From Podarcis filfolensis (lineage: Eukaryota), in NCBI GenBank assembly GCA_964270895.1, contig OZ185440.1: a stretch of DNA of 64,000 nucleotides, one strand, 5' to 3'. Below the pieces are notes generated by a model, which was given only the letters and a program-made list of their open reading frames with translations, did not search any database and was not told where the DNA came from. Below are positions 13,113-25,300 of the stretch, one piece after another. Each line of letters opens with the position of its first letter. Positions within the stretch are counted from its first letter, which is position 1. The translations under genes and the position numbers were made by a program.

Positions 13113-14489
13113 GGTAGCTTTTGATGCTGCTGGAAATGTTGCAAAAATGCCTCACCTCTGATGCATGTGTAACCCTTGTGCCACCCATGTGATATGCTCA
13201 TAAATTTCAATGGGGTTTCACTAGTGTCAGGGTGGAAGTTCAGGTTGGGGGTTTTGGGTGGGGGGGGGAGGAGGAGAGGAATCCGCATGCAAAACAGGAG
13301 CTGAAAATGTCTCCTATGCTTTACATTTCAATAAGAGCACAGAATAAATCAACTCTGTGCGCCCCCCCCCAGTTCACTTCTTTCAACTTCTTAGTTTGGT
13401 TATTTAAACAGAAATGGACAGTGGTTATGATTTATGGTGTTTGTTCAGAGAAACAAAAAAATTACAAGGAGAAAAGTGTTTAAATGGGAAACATATTTAA
13501 ATGGGAGCACCACAATTTCTTTTCTTTTCCTTCTTTAAGCTTGTCCTTATTCTTTTCTCTTACATATAAGCAAATTGGAAGGAAGTGAAGCAGATGGAAC
13601 TGATAGCTAAACTCTTGGCTGTTCAGAGAACCATAAAAATGCTATTAAACCTATAGTTGAAATAATTCTTTGGTAAATGTTAAATTCCTATTAGTTATAC
13701 TTGCAAAACTTAGGTGCAACAGAAAGGGCAATACTAAGCTGAAAGGCAGTGGAGGCAATGAAGGGCTTAAAAACTATGAACAGTCTACAAAAATTATCTG
13801 AAGAGAGTAAAGTTGATAGCAACAATGTCAGATTGGAGATTTAGTTTGGCAACTGACTTGGTACCTGTGTGTGTGTATGTATCTGTCTGAAGTACAAATA
13901 AGACGGGGCAATGAACACTTCGAATGACCCCCGGGGCATAGATTAATTACAAAAATCTGTGTATCACTGGATTTTTTTTTTGAGCTGTTCTGCCATGTTT
14001 CATGTTTGTCAGTGTAGCTTCTAAAAGAAAGCATTAATACAACGTGTGTGCGCGCGTGGGTGTATGGACTGCTCAGATTAAATGATAATATAGGTACAAA
14101 CAGATGCATGTATGGTGCATATTGCTAAATTTAAAATAAGATTTCTTTCTATTACCTGAATAGAAATTCTGAGAATGTCTTCTCTAGAGCTGCCATGTTG
14201 CTAGTCTTCAAACTGAATGCATTTTTAACTTCACACCCCACCTTGATGTCGAATCTTATGTGTGCGTATGGCACAATGAATGTGCTAAACATGTTGGATC
14301 TCATCCATTTGCTTCCTCCTTGGTTGGTCTTGCCTCTACAAAATTGACCTAACATCCACACATCCCTGATCTTTCCCACCCAATTGTGTGGGATAACTAT
14401 TGCATATTATTGGGCTAGACTTTATGGGTTGAATCCAACTAAGTCATGCTCAGAGCAAACCCACTGAAATAAATGAAAGCAACTAGTTT

Positions 14490-14789
14490 AAATTCCTTCC
14501 AGTAGCACCTTAGAGACCAACTAAGTTAGTTATTGGTTACAGAAAGGTAGCCGTGTTGGTCTGCCATAGTCAAAACAAAAAAAAATTTTTTCTTTCCAGT
14601 AGCACCTTAAAGACCAACTAAGTTAGTTATTGGTATGAGCTTTTGTGTGCATGCATAGGTATCTGAAGAAGTGTGTATGTACACGAAAGCTCATACCAAT
14701 AACTAACTTAGTTGGTCTCTAAGGTGCTATTGGAAGGAATTTTTTTATTTTGTTTCGACTACAGCAGACCAACACGCCTACCTACCTGT
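14490..14789. mobile_element. Penelope-like element pseudo-LTR fragments in tandem and inverted arrangement
   Basis: ccagtagcaccttagagaccaactaag occurs twice directly and once inverted. Arms of about 14537-14655 and 14676-14792 are reverse complements. Flanked by AACTAGTTT at 14481-14489 and 14790-14798. Contains a hammerhead motif. Confidence 0.8.
14658..14697 (+). ncRNA. Minimal type I hammerhead ribozyme motif (Penelope-associated)
   Basis: GGTAT-CTGAAGA-A-GTGTG TATG TACAC-GAA-AGCT-C-ATACC: stem I GGUAU/AUACC, CUGANGA and GAAA cores, stem II, and palindromic AGCU helix III. Confidence 0.7.
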
Positions 14790-14984
14790 AACTAGTTTTA
14801 AGCTCATTACAGTGATTTTAGTGGTTCTATTCTAACACTGCTGGGTACAGCCCTGTATACACACATGTACCACTTACAGATTATGCAGAGCAAGGCAGAA
14901 GCTGACCATGTTCCTGATTTTACAGTCTTCTGTTTGAAAGGCTATCGGAAGACAGCCCTCTGTTTGAAGATGTGTCCAGAAGAG

Positions 14985-15095
14985 TAGTATTCAACTAAGA
15001 CCGCTCAGAGATGACTCACTGAAATTAATGACCCTAAGTTAGTCAAGCCTGTTCCCTTCAGTGAGTCTACTCTGAGTTGGACTAGCATTGGATGT
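14985..15095. mobile_element. Palindromic MITE-like element
   Basis: ctcagagatgactcactgaa / ttcagtgagtctactctgag inverted repeat. Confidence 0.55.
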
Positions 15096-15743
15096 GGTGA
15101 TGCATATCCTCCTTTTCAGCAATATGTGAAGGCAGGTTTCTGCTGTTCCACCACGCACTGGCATACCCTGTTCCCTTGCCTTCTCCATTAGCAACATTTG
15201 TTTTAACTCAGAACTCAGCTCCCTGGCCCCTGCCTCCCCCCAAGTTCTTTTTCTTCACATTCCAATGTGCTTGGTATCAAGAGGTAGATTATTTTTTTTA
15301 AAGTGTGCTCCTTTATAATGAGAAAATGAAATGCTAGTTGCATATCTTCTGCCAGTTCTCTTCTGGAAAAAAGTAAGTGTCAGCAGGAATCTAGTTATCA
15401 ATTAATTGCAGCAAAAGCAAATGCTACAGTACACTAGTAGCTTCCACATGCACCATTTGCCAAGTTTATAATAGTATCAGCCTAGCAAGCCATTAGTAAG
15501 ATCCTGGTCCTCGGTACCATCTGAGAAATACTGCTTTATCGCCACACTAAAACAAAAGCCATTTTCAATTATTGCACACATACTTCCTCACTCCATATAA
15601 GTTCCTGTTTGCCTGCAATAAGCTTACAAGTTCACTGTACTGTATTGTGCTTCTAGACTTCTTGCAGGAATGTCTCTGGGAAATTCCTTTTCTAGCCAGA
15701 GATTCAATGGGGCTCTTTACAATAGCAGTGGAGCTTCTACGTT

Positions 15744-15895
15744 TCATAGAATTGTAGAGTTGGAAGGGACCCTGAGGATCAGCTGGTCCAACCCCTGACA
15801 ATATAGGAATTGAAACTAAATCATACATGATAGATGACCATCCAACCTCTACTTAAAAATGTCCAAGGAAGGAGAGTCCACACAGTACTCCTGGT
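15744..15895 (-). mobile_element. CR1 LINE 3' end
   Basis: catagaattgtagagttggaagggaccctgagg... is the reverse complement of the CR1 tail (...ttccaactctacaattctatg). Confidence 0.75.
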
Positions 15896-15915
15896 GTGGT
15901 CTGACCAAGGCACAA

Positions 15916-15948
<33 letters not shown>

Positions 15949-15950
15949 GT
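15916..15950. repeat. (TG)n microsatellite, one interruption
   Basis: Direct reading. Confidence 0.95.
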
Positions 15951-16329
15951 AATACAGTCATCAGACCCTATCTGATATATCCCAATGCCACAAATGGTAT
16001 ACAGGGAAGCCAGAGAGATTGTTTTGATGGGCAATGCAAGGAGGCAAAGAAAGACCTTTTAAGAGTTATTAGGATTAGATTATTATTTTTGGAGGGGGGG
16101 CTCTGTAATTAATAAGGGGGATATGAGTAGGATTAGAGTAACATATAAGAAAATCCTTAAGAATAAAATAGCGAATTTTGTAAAATAGCGAATGTTGTGA
16201 GATGACAGTGGCAAGAACTAGGGCTGGCGGTGTCTCAGCAAAGGGGAGATAAATTCTGGGACCTGGCAGCTTGGAGCATGAACAAAACAAGATCAACATT
16301 AGATGCCACCATATTGGTGCAAAGCTGGA

Positions 16330-16575
16330 ATATAATAATTAATAATTATTAATTATAAGAATTTGCACCTTGCACATCTGACTGGATTGACCCAGCTTCC
16401 AGCATATATAAATCATAATAAATCCTTAAACCTTAAATGCTTCCCTATACAGGGTTGCCTTCAGATGTTTCCTAAATGTTACATAATTACTCATCTCCTT
16501 AATATCGGATGAGAGGGCATTCCGCAGGGTGGGCGTCACTACCAAGAAGGCCCTCTGCCTGATTCCCTGTAGTAC
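16330..16575 (-). mobile_element. L2 LINE 3' end
   Basis: gagggcattccgcagggtgggcgtcactaccaagaagggccctctgcc plus cttccctatacagggttgccttcagatg and an AT-rich tail match lacertid L2 3' ends (recalled). Confidence 0.65.
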
Positions 16576-17253
16576 TAGTAATAATAAGGGCAACCAGCAA
16601 CTGCCAAAGTGACCACTGATTGGTCAAAACTACTGGAATGGTAGTATCCCCTAGGGCATCCCCTACAGAAATAAAATCTCTCATAGACTACTACATCTCA
16701 CCTTTTTGAATGCTTGGTAATCTGCTCTAGGAAGGCATCATATTATTTATGCCATTCAAATTCCAGAGACCATGGGAAGCCTGCATGCCTATTTTGTATT
16801 TATGTCACAAGAGAATGCAGCCAATATTGATTTAATTTAGCAATAATACTCTCATTTTTTGCTTTTGCCTTTGTACTCTCTAGAGACTTTAATTAATGAC
16901 AATGCACAGCATCCTGCTAGGTACGGATTTTTTCTCCCTGCCCTACATTTTAAAAAAGTGACTGGAGAAGCGAAGAAACAAATTGAATCCACCTTTAGTA
17001 TAGCAAACAAAGTTCCAGTGAATTCAGCAAATCTGGCACACTTTCCTGTTGCTGAACAGCCCTAAGACCTTCGTTACAGGCATCTTTGTTTCTGTGTTAA
17101 ATGTAGTTTGTTTTTTACTTTGGCTGCCATGTACAAAATGGCATGATTTGTCCTAAGGGTAGAATCTAGCCCTCCTCATAAACAATGAACACCCACTCTT
17201 CAAATCTTATTTAAGCAGTTTCTAAGATAGCACTGGTCACCACCACTACTACT

Positions 17254-17391
17254 CAAAAGCTATTTTTTCTAGAAAAAGAGGTGCCAGAACTCACCACAAA
17301 CACCTCCCTTGTTCTCTTACAATGGCAATGGCACCCACCTGAGAGGTGCTGAAACTGAGTTCCAGTGAGTTCCAGCTGAAAAAAAGCCCTG
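17254..17391. mobile_element. hAT-like MITE
   Basis: Ends gctattttttctag ... ctgaaaaaaagccctg with internal gagttccag repeats; a common lacertid MITE (recalled). Confidence 0.6.
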
Positions 17392-18160
17392 GCAGTGACA
17401 GATCTTGGATTTGGGTGTGTGTGTGGAAATGAATGCCCATTGTTTAGAATTCCCTGGTCCTTGTATCTGGGACATTGTTGTGGCAGCATCCTCAGGCATA
17501 ATTAGGAGAACAGTACCAGCCCTTCTCAAGAGTTCCCCGTGTGGTGGTAGTGCTGCTGCCAAATATGTTTTGGGAACAGGAAAGAGGCTGTGTGTGTGTT
17601 GTCTTACAAGCACAGTCTCATTCCTGTTGATGTCTGCAGGACCATGTTGAAGCTTAAAATTTGGAATGGACTTAGAAATGAGCTCTTTTTCCAAGAGGTG
17701 TTTTTTTTAACACTGTTACTTTAGATGACCCCATTCTGTATTGCAACTGCGGCGTCAGCTATCCATATTCATTTGTGTTGCTGCTGCTTTTATATTAACA
17801 AATTCTGTGCTATTTCTCAGCTCACTTTACCAATAATTTAAGTGGAACTGTCTTCCGGGGTTGATCATTTCTTCACATGTAAGAGATCTCCACACTAGCA
17901 CTACTTTATTCCATCGCTTGCCAGGTGTCCTGCATATGTCCACAGAGTTAAAATGGACATGTGCAGGATATATGGCAAGAAATGACTCAGGCCAATGGAA
18001 TATGCTTGTGTGGGACCCTACCATTTTAAAAGATCAAGGAGACAGCCACCTATGTGATGAGTGCATGATCTAAGATTAACAGTAGGCCTTATGTGGGTGC
18101 AGGAAGCAAACAACCGAGAACACTGGAGAGGTGTATATCCAAAGATGGATGTGAGATGCT

Positions 18161-18181
18161 GAAGAAGAAGAAGAAGAAGAA
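18161..18181. repeat. (GAA)7 microsatellite
   Basis: Direct reading. Confidence 0.9.
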
Positions 18182-19066
18182 GTGCAGGATCTGTCTATCA
18201 TTGCTCCATCTCATACTTGTCACCAACCAGAACTCATGGTATCATTGTGATTGTATATTTTTCTGACTTGCGCCTTAATCCCCTGGACACGAGATTTAGA
18301 AGCTGACCCAGAGAACAGGCAGCAGTAAAGTGCCTAAATCCCCATGGAGATACAACTAGATCTCTCAGGCTCCTTAGAAATCCTTGCATTTCAGCAGAAT
18401 AACAAATCCTAGACTAACTACAGTTCTTGCTTTTCTTCTCCTTCACATACAATCCACTCTGCCATACTTAAGCAAGTCAGCAAAGAAACAGTTGTGGATA
18501 CACTTCCCCACAAAGTTAACTACTAACTACTACCTATAACTAGCATATATGTTTCTCCGTTCAAAGTGACTCAGTACTTCTCAGCTGGGCATGGCTAGTT
18601 CTCGCTTTATGATTTCCACCCCTCATCATGGGTAAGCCAGCGCCATCCAGAGGCAATAGGGAAGGGCACAGGAAATTGCTAGTGAACCCAGATGTGCATC
18701 CTCACCCACTTGCCCTCTTATGCCAAGGGTAAGACCTTAAACCCAGCTCGATGTGTCACCTTAGCAGGAGCCCTGCTCAGAACTCCTTGCCACTGACCAG
18801 TGGCTCCACAAACCAGGAACGCAGCGCTCATAACGCTCCGTTCTTGGCCCTTGCCCTTAAGTTATTGGTTTAAGAAAGGCTAGACAAACAGTGTGCTAAA
18901 ATCCTTTTCTGAGACATACAGCTTATTTCTGAGCTCGCCATCCTGGAATGACATTAGTTAAGTTGTGGCACAGGTGTGTGTGGTCGACACATCTACATTT
19001 ACAGGAGCAAAGACATAATGGTTCAGCTATTGTCCGAAGCAACTTCTGCAGTATGCAGCTACTAGA

Positions 19067-20158
19067 GATGAATGAATGAATGAATGAATGAATCTTTATT
19101 TGCATCAGCCACTGGCCATAGCAATAAAAAAAACAATATGATATACAAAGAATAAAGATAAAAAGTCAATTATATAAAATACATTTTTGGGTTTTGAATC
19201 AATAGTCAAATAGTGGATCTTATTCTAATTGCCCCGGCTAAAAACCTTGCAATCTTTGCTGTCACCTGCTCATCTTGATCTGCCAAAAGAAAGGACACTG
19301 TGACAGTGGCTGGGTGACCCGGAATGGACAATAAAAGAGGTGTGATAACATTCCTCAAGTCTTTATAAAGAGTGCAAGCCAGAAGGGCATGCGCCACCAA
19401 GTCGAAATGGGTAGGTGGAAAATAGTCGTACCATGGGCAAAATTTCCTTATTATGGCCAAGTTGTTCTCTCGCTTGATATCATTTAGGCGCTTACTAATT
19501 AGACTGTTTGCTTTACTAAAACCCTGTGTGAGTAGCTGTTGTGGTGATAAACCACAAGAGTGAAGTTTTCAATAGACAATTTTGGTCTAGGCGCTTTTGT
19601 GACAATCTTGCGGCACTAGGGGTATTAGACCAGGGGGATTTCAGTTTAGGCGAAGCCAATAGTTAAGTGTCCTATGCCATACCCGTAATTCTACCAAGGG
19701 AAGATTAGCCTCTAGGTGCAATGAGTTGGTACAGAGAAAATTTGCCTTAAGAACTTTGATTGGACAGCTTCCGTAGATCCAAGCTGAGTGCCTCTCCAGA
19801 TCTGAGCCCCATATAATAACTGTCCTAGGGGTTTAGCTTGGAACACTTCTAGGACTGATAGTGTATGTTTACCACCTTTTGTATAGAAAAAGCGTGTCAG
19901 AATTTTGGCGCTTTGGGATGCTTTTTCTTTTGAACATTTCTGGTGTGCTCCCCATGACCCTGTAGACTGGAAAATAAGGCCAAGAAATTTGACCTGTTCA
20001 ATTAGCTGGTTGTCCATGCACCATCTATGGGCTCTATAGTTTCTTGAGAAAACCATGACTTTGGTTTTCTTGTAATTCACGGCCAGCTGTTCTCTCTGGC
20101 AATATCCTGAAAATTCAGTCTTTTTAGGCCTACTTTTGTTGGGATAGAAGAATGGAAT
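19067..20158 (-). mobile_element. Non-LTR retrotransposon 3' fragment (RTE-X-like), frameshifted
   Basis: Minus ORFs 19712-20080 (NYKKTKVMVF...IEQVKFLG...LLYGAQIW...EAVQSKFLR) and 19206-19460 (H.LL.C..Y..LR...). AATAAA followed by an (ATTC)n tail. 8-bp TSD CTACTAGA at 19059-19066 and 20159-20166. The family assignment is less certain than the LINE call. Confidence 0.8.
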
Positions 20159-21470
20159 CTACTAGAAATGTATTCCCAGTGGCTGGCACCAGTGTTATCC
20201 TTTTGTAGCCAGCTTTTCACACAAGAAGTCTTCCCGCTTTCCTCTGCTTGCTTAATACAATGCCCTACCTTTCTTTTTGAGGCACAGTTCCTTGATTTGG
20301 TTCCATTTTCAAAGCCTTCCTGGAAGACAGCATTTCTTCAGCCCAGGGCCAGAGTAAGTGTGAATCTTGTGAACCGTCAATATTTTTCTTGAGATGATAA
20401 ATGGCCTGCCGATAAACGAAGGCAGCTGCCAGCTCTGTCTGAGAAACACACCTTCATCCCCAGTTTGTCCGTGCCTGGCTTATTTATGTGCCTGCTAACT
20501 TTAAACACTTACACCAGACAAACTTAAAAGAGCCTTCTGAGTTATTCCAAAACCGTAATCGCCGTCGTGTGTGAGGCAGATACCAGTCACAAGATTTCTG
20601 CAGCTCCAGTGCGCACAGAAAGACTCATGTTCACATAGAGCTCTGTGAAATCAGGTAGCTGTGCAGGTAAGGGGCTGCAAATAGGGAGTTTATTTGGGAG
20701 GGGTTGGCTTTCAAGCCTCAAATGGACATGATTTCACCATATAAAAATGTGTTCTGCTAGTAAAGTTTGTGGATATATCTGCAAAGGTGCCCTAATGGTT
20801 TCCCTCTCCACGCAGAGTGCAAGTAAAGAGAAAGATACCTAGAAAGGGCATCAGAAATAGTATGGGGAGTTAAGGAGCACCTATAGTGACAGGCCAGCCC
20901 AACTTGGCACCACCAAGCCAGATTTAACTTCCCATCCCTGTATTGTGGCCTCCCATATATATGCATAGCAATCTCTGCATTCTGTTTGGCAGTTCCAGGC
21001 AAAGGGCAAAAGAAAGGACCCCAATAGGTTTCTCAAACCCCTATGAACAGTCCTGTCCTGCATGGCTGGCGATCTGCACTTGGGTTGGTGGGTCATGCAC
21101 GTCCGATCTAGGAGACTGATTTGGACCCATGGGCTTTGACGTTCTTGTGGCTTTTCATGTAAAAAGCAATGCCATGTGTCCTGCATCTGGTCAATACAAT
21201 CTTTGTTTTTCCTTACAATTTGCCCCTTTTGCGGTATATATGGGTTAGCCCATATGACTTAAAAAAGAAAAAGAAAACAACAACAACAACAAACAGGCAA
21301 ATAGGGAATTCTGTTGCAAACTACTGGCTTGGTGCATCTTTCTGTATCTCTGCAGTCAAATGCCATCATCCTACAAGCTAGGAGATAACTAAGCAGTTTC
21401 CCTCTTCCTCCATCACCTTCTTTCCTGGGTGATTCCTAAACAGCATAGATTGCATTTGTCTGTAGTTAAA

Positions 21471-21484
21471 GTGCCCTCTTGTGG
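21471..21484 (-). promoter_or_regulatory. CTCF-like motif
   Basis: Minus strand CCACAAGAGGGCAC versus CCASYAGRKGGCRS, one mismatch. Confidence 0.45.
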
Positions 21485-22119
21485 CACAAATGAGATTTTC
21501 CTCCTTCCTCCAAATGTCCTTACAGGAGAAATATTTGGATGTTTTCTTTGTTGCTGTGAAATAAAGTCAAGCCACTGCCCCTGCTTTTAAAATCTTTATA
21601 GCTTCAGTTTCCCTTGGCAGGCAGTGATGGTGGCCAGTAGTTATCATCATGGTGATTCAAGCATGTCTGTAATAGCTGGGGGAAAGAAATTATCCACATT
21701 GTAGCTATAATAGGTTGAGATTCATCCTTTTCTTACATACAGAAGACAGCAAATAATCATATTTAGGGTTACAGATGCTGCTGTAAATAGATGAAAGACA
21801 TTTGTCTCTGCTCCATTCTTCTCTTTGGGTTATATCCTCATCAGGCATAAACTGGAGCACTAACCTGTCAGACCATGCCAGGATCAGCCTAGTATGTGCA
21901 TCAGCCTCAATTCATCCCCTTGCTGCAGTGTGCTATGCCAAACCATCCCCCGTTAACATCAAGAGTAATTTTGCCAATGATTTCAGTAGCTTCACGGCTT
22001 ATTGGTTAGGAAAGAGGTGACTGAAGAACAGGCAGACATTTGTCTTAAATGTTCTCAAAAGTGATCCACACAGAAAGCCAGTTGCGGACACACTTGCCAA
22101 TGTGAATTCAAGGTTAGCA

Positions 22120-22218
22120 CAAAACAAAAAAATATTTTTTTCCTTCCAGTAGCACCTTAAAGACCAACTAAGTTAGTTCTTGGTATGAGCTTTCGTGTGC
22201 ATGCACACTTCTTCAGAT
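22120..22218 (-). mobile_element. Penelope-like pseudo-LTR fragment (99 bp) with hammerhead motif
   Basis: Same sequence family as 14570-14657. Flanked by direct repeat AGGTTAGCA (22111-22119, 22219-22227). The minus strand reads TATCTGAAGAAGTGTGCATGCACACGAAAGCTCATA. Confidence 0.8.
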
Positions 22219-22305
22219 AGGTTAGCAGTCACTGTAGAAGTATGTAGCTGGATTTAAAGGAGGCTTTAATAAAAGGAAGGAGTTAATTGCTTGCTGTTGC
22301 AGGTG

Positions 22306-22343
22306 TTTTCGCATTCTCACAATATTTTCGCATTCTCAGAATA
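22306..22343. repeat. 19-bp tandem duplication
   Basis: ttttcgcattctcacaata / ttttcgcattctcagaata. Confidence 0.9.
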
Positions 22344-25300
22344 TTTATGGAACGTTTCACACTGCCATTGATAGTAGCTGAAGTTTGTGAGTTAAGTTAG
22401 GGATCAGTTGATCTGGACATTTACTTTGTTGTTGTTATAGGAGGCAAAGCTTGCTTTACATTTGGGTTTTTGTTGTATCGAAGAAGGGCATTCTTAAAAG
22501 ATAACTTCATACTACAAAGTTGTTCTGCAAACCTGATGCAATATTTCTTTCAGTGTCATCATCTCATTATAGTGGGAAGTTCAGGAACAATCTTTACAGG
22601 GTGTGTTTCCGCCATAGGAGGTACAAGGGTTATAGGGTATTTTTAAAACAACAACAACAACCCATTTATTTATAAATGTGCATCATGAACCACCACCTGT
22701 ACACATGAGGGTGCAGGGGCAAGTGCATAGGCAGCAACAGATGATGTTAATCAACTCCAAAGCCAGCCTAGCTCTTGTCACATCAAAATAAAAAAATGAA
22801 AAAACTGCTGCTGCTTCCCAATCAGCATGTTGAGGGAAAACTGGATGGTGACTCAACTCAGGCAGGTGTTTTTGTCCTCAGCTTTTGCGTTGCAGCCAGG
22901 TTCCTATTAGAGCCTGTTTTAGGGAAACAGGGTATACCATACCAAATGTCTCTCTACCTTGTATAGTTGGGCAGTGTAATTCCCAACAATATTGTTGTAT
23001 ATTGCATTAGTTCACATTCCAGGAACATTCTTTAGATTGGTATAATAGGATCATGTTTACAGATGACCTGATTGCCACTCAGACTTGTTTACATTTGAAC
23101 AAGTCCATGATGAGATCAGGGAGTCTTAACTTCTCTTTCATCTGCCTGTGGCTTGTGAGCAGGTGTAGCATATGGAAACAAGCCACCAGCACTAAGTCAC
23201 AACCTTGGAGGAGTGGGGAGCAAGGGCAGAGGTGGATCTGAAGCAACAACATTCTGGCGTAGAGTTGCTGAGTAGACAGAGTGCCCATCAGACTGGAGAT
23301 TTCACAGAGAAATACAAGGATCTGTGACTGGTCTAGGGATTTTTAACTGGAAAATCATCATTAAAGATTAACAGTCCTAGGATGAAACCTGGGCATGGCA
23401 ACGTCTAAATCTTAATGCTGTAAACAGGCATTGAGTCTTTATGCAGCATGGATATATGTTTCCTTGTATCCTATAGGGAATATATGTTCGTCATCACCCA
23501 TTGCAGCACACATGTAATGGAGAAACTGTCTGTCAGTCCTTGGAGAAATGGTCCGCCCTTTTTTTGTATTTTCTATTTCAAAATCCTCCAGTGCTGCAAT
23601 CTGTTCAGTAACTCCCTTCTGGGATTATTTATTGTCAAAACAGCAATCAACAGAGTTTTAAAACCGGCTCAAAAGCTCTCTTGGCGTCCCTTTAGGATAG
23701 TTTCCAGGCACCACATTTGCTTGATACCAAAGCTGTTGTAAATCACTCCAAAATGTTCACTGATGTCATCTATTCATCCATAGGTGTTCTTTGGGCCTCC
23801 TTCTAACATTGCAGGAGTTGTTTAGGATTTTGTGTGGAAGTGTAACTGAGGTGCCAGTGGTGGGTCTCACGATCGTTAGGTGCCGGGAGCTATGTCGTTA
23901 GATGATTGTGTTGCAGGGGCATTTCTGAAACACTGCAGACAAAAAAAAGAAAGAAAAAGAAATTAAAAAGCAACATTGTAGAGCATAAAATGGTTGAGCA
24001 TGGAATACTGAAGAACCGATCCCTCCAAGTCATTCTTAGGCAAGACATTTGTCCCTCAGTCTAACAAGGTTGAGTGGTTAAATAAAATAGGATATTTTGC
24101 CAACTGCTTTGAAAACAGGGTGCAAAAGAAACCTAAGAAAGGCATTGAGGGAATGCTTATTCTTGGCTATGGTCTTTACACTGTAGTAGAGGGAAAGGTG
24201 ACACAGTATTCTTTCACAGAGCTGATAGGCCAACAAAGAACTGCTACAGTTAAATAGGCTAATTCACCTGGGATTGGTTCTGCTGTCTGTTGTGGTTGCT
24301 TTTCTACCAGTGGGGCAATGTTAATTAGCCAGAGTACAACACGAGATCAGCATAATTAAAATCATGTCATTTCATTTCTAGATAACAGTTCAGTGGAAAA
24401 GTAGACCCCCCCCTGCTACTGCCCTGCTGTAGGTTAATGGCCAAATTCATTTCAACCGCCTTCCACCTCTTGTTTAGTCTTTTCTGCTTAGGGCCGCACT
24501 TCAACTGTTACATACCCATTGTGCTTTCAGCGCATTCACTGGGATGGGTCTCCCTTTCATTTGGTATGGTGTTCATTGTGATAGACATGCTGAAATCATG
24601 TTGGCTGTGCAAAGTGTTAAACAGCCCTTTGGCAGTCAGCATCCGTACCACAGAAGCACTGGCAAAACAGGACGCTGGGAGAGCGACACAAACCCCTCCC
24701 TTCTTCCATGTAGAAAACTCTTGCCAGTGTGAGCTCAGTCACATGCCGATCCAGTTCACAGACCACCTTCCCTGAAAGAATCAAGTGAAGCAGGCCTCTG
24801 CATCCTCCAGGCATTCCCCCATAGGGCCTGGCTCAGATGGGAGGTTATTTGCAAAGAGGGACCCTATGCCCCACTATTTCATGCAAATGTATGAACCAGA
24901 GCCGAGTTGCTTACATACCCTGTTTCCTCACAATGCATACATAAGGTGTGAATAAATAAAAAAATTGGTTGGGTGAGATGTGAGCAGGTGAACGATGCAA
25001 GCATATTGTCAAACCAATAGGAGTCCTTCATTTTTAGAAGCTACTCCTGCTGGTGCCATTTTTAATAAAGGAAACTTACTGGAATAGAACATAAATCAAT
25101 GGGCCTCTTACTGGGATGGCTCCTTTCAAACACCTGCTTGTAAATTAAAAATGAATAGAAACAAAATGCAGCCACCCAGTGTCAGGAAACCAAAAGCAGC
25201 CACGCAGTTTAGATGTGTTGTTTCTCGAAAGAGTAAAACCAGAGAATTCTGTAGAAATGTAGCAATAATGATATTTTTAAAAACCCACCAAAAACCAGAG

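Larger units (their letters stand above)
14426..14853. mobile_element. Palindromic MITE-like element split by a Penelope insertion
   Basis: Ends gggttgaatcca / tgggtacagccc. The halves resemble the uninterrupted copy at 14985-15095. Confidence 0.55.

Noticed and set aside
12656-13288. 210-aa ORF as a nested gene
   Set aside because: It coincides with a TG...CA solo LTR with TSD; low-complexity GC-rich translation with no recognisable domain.
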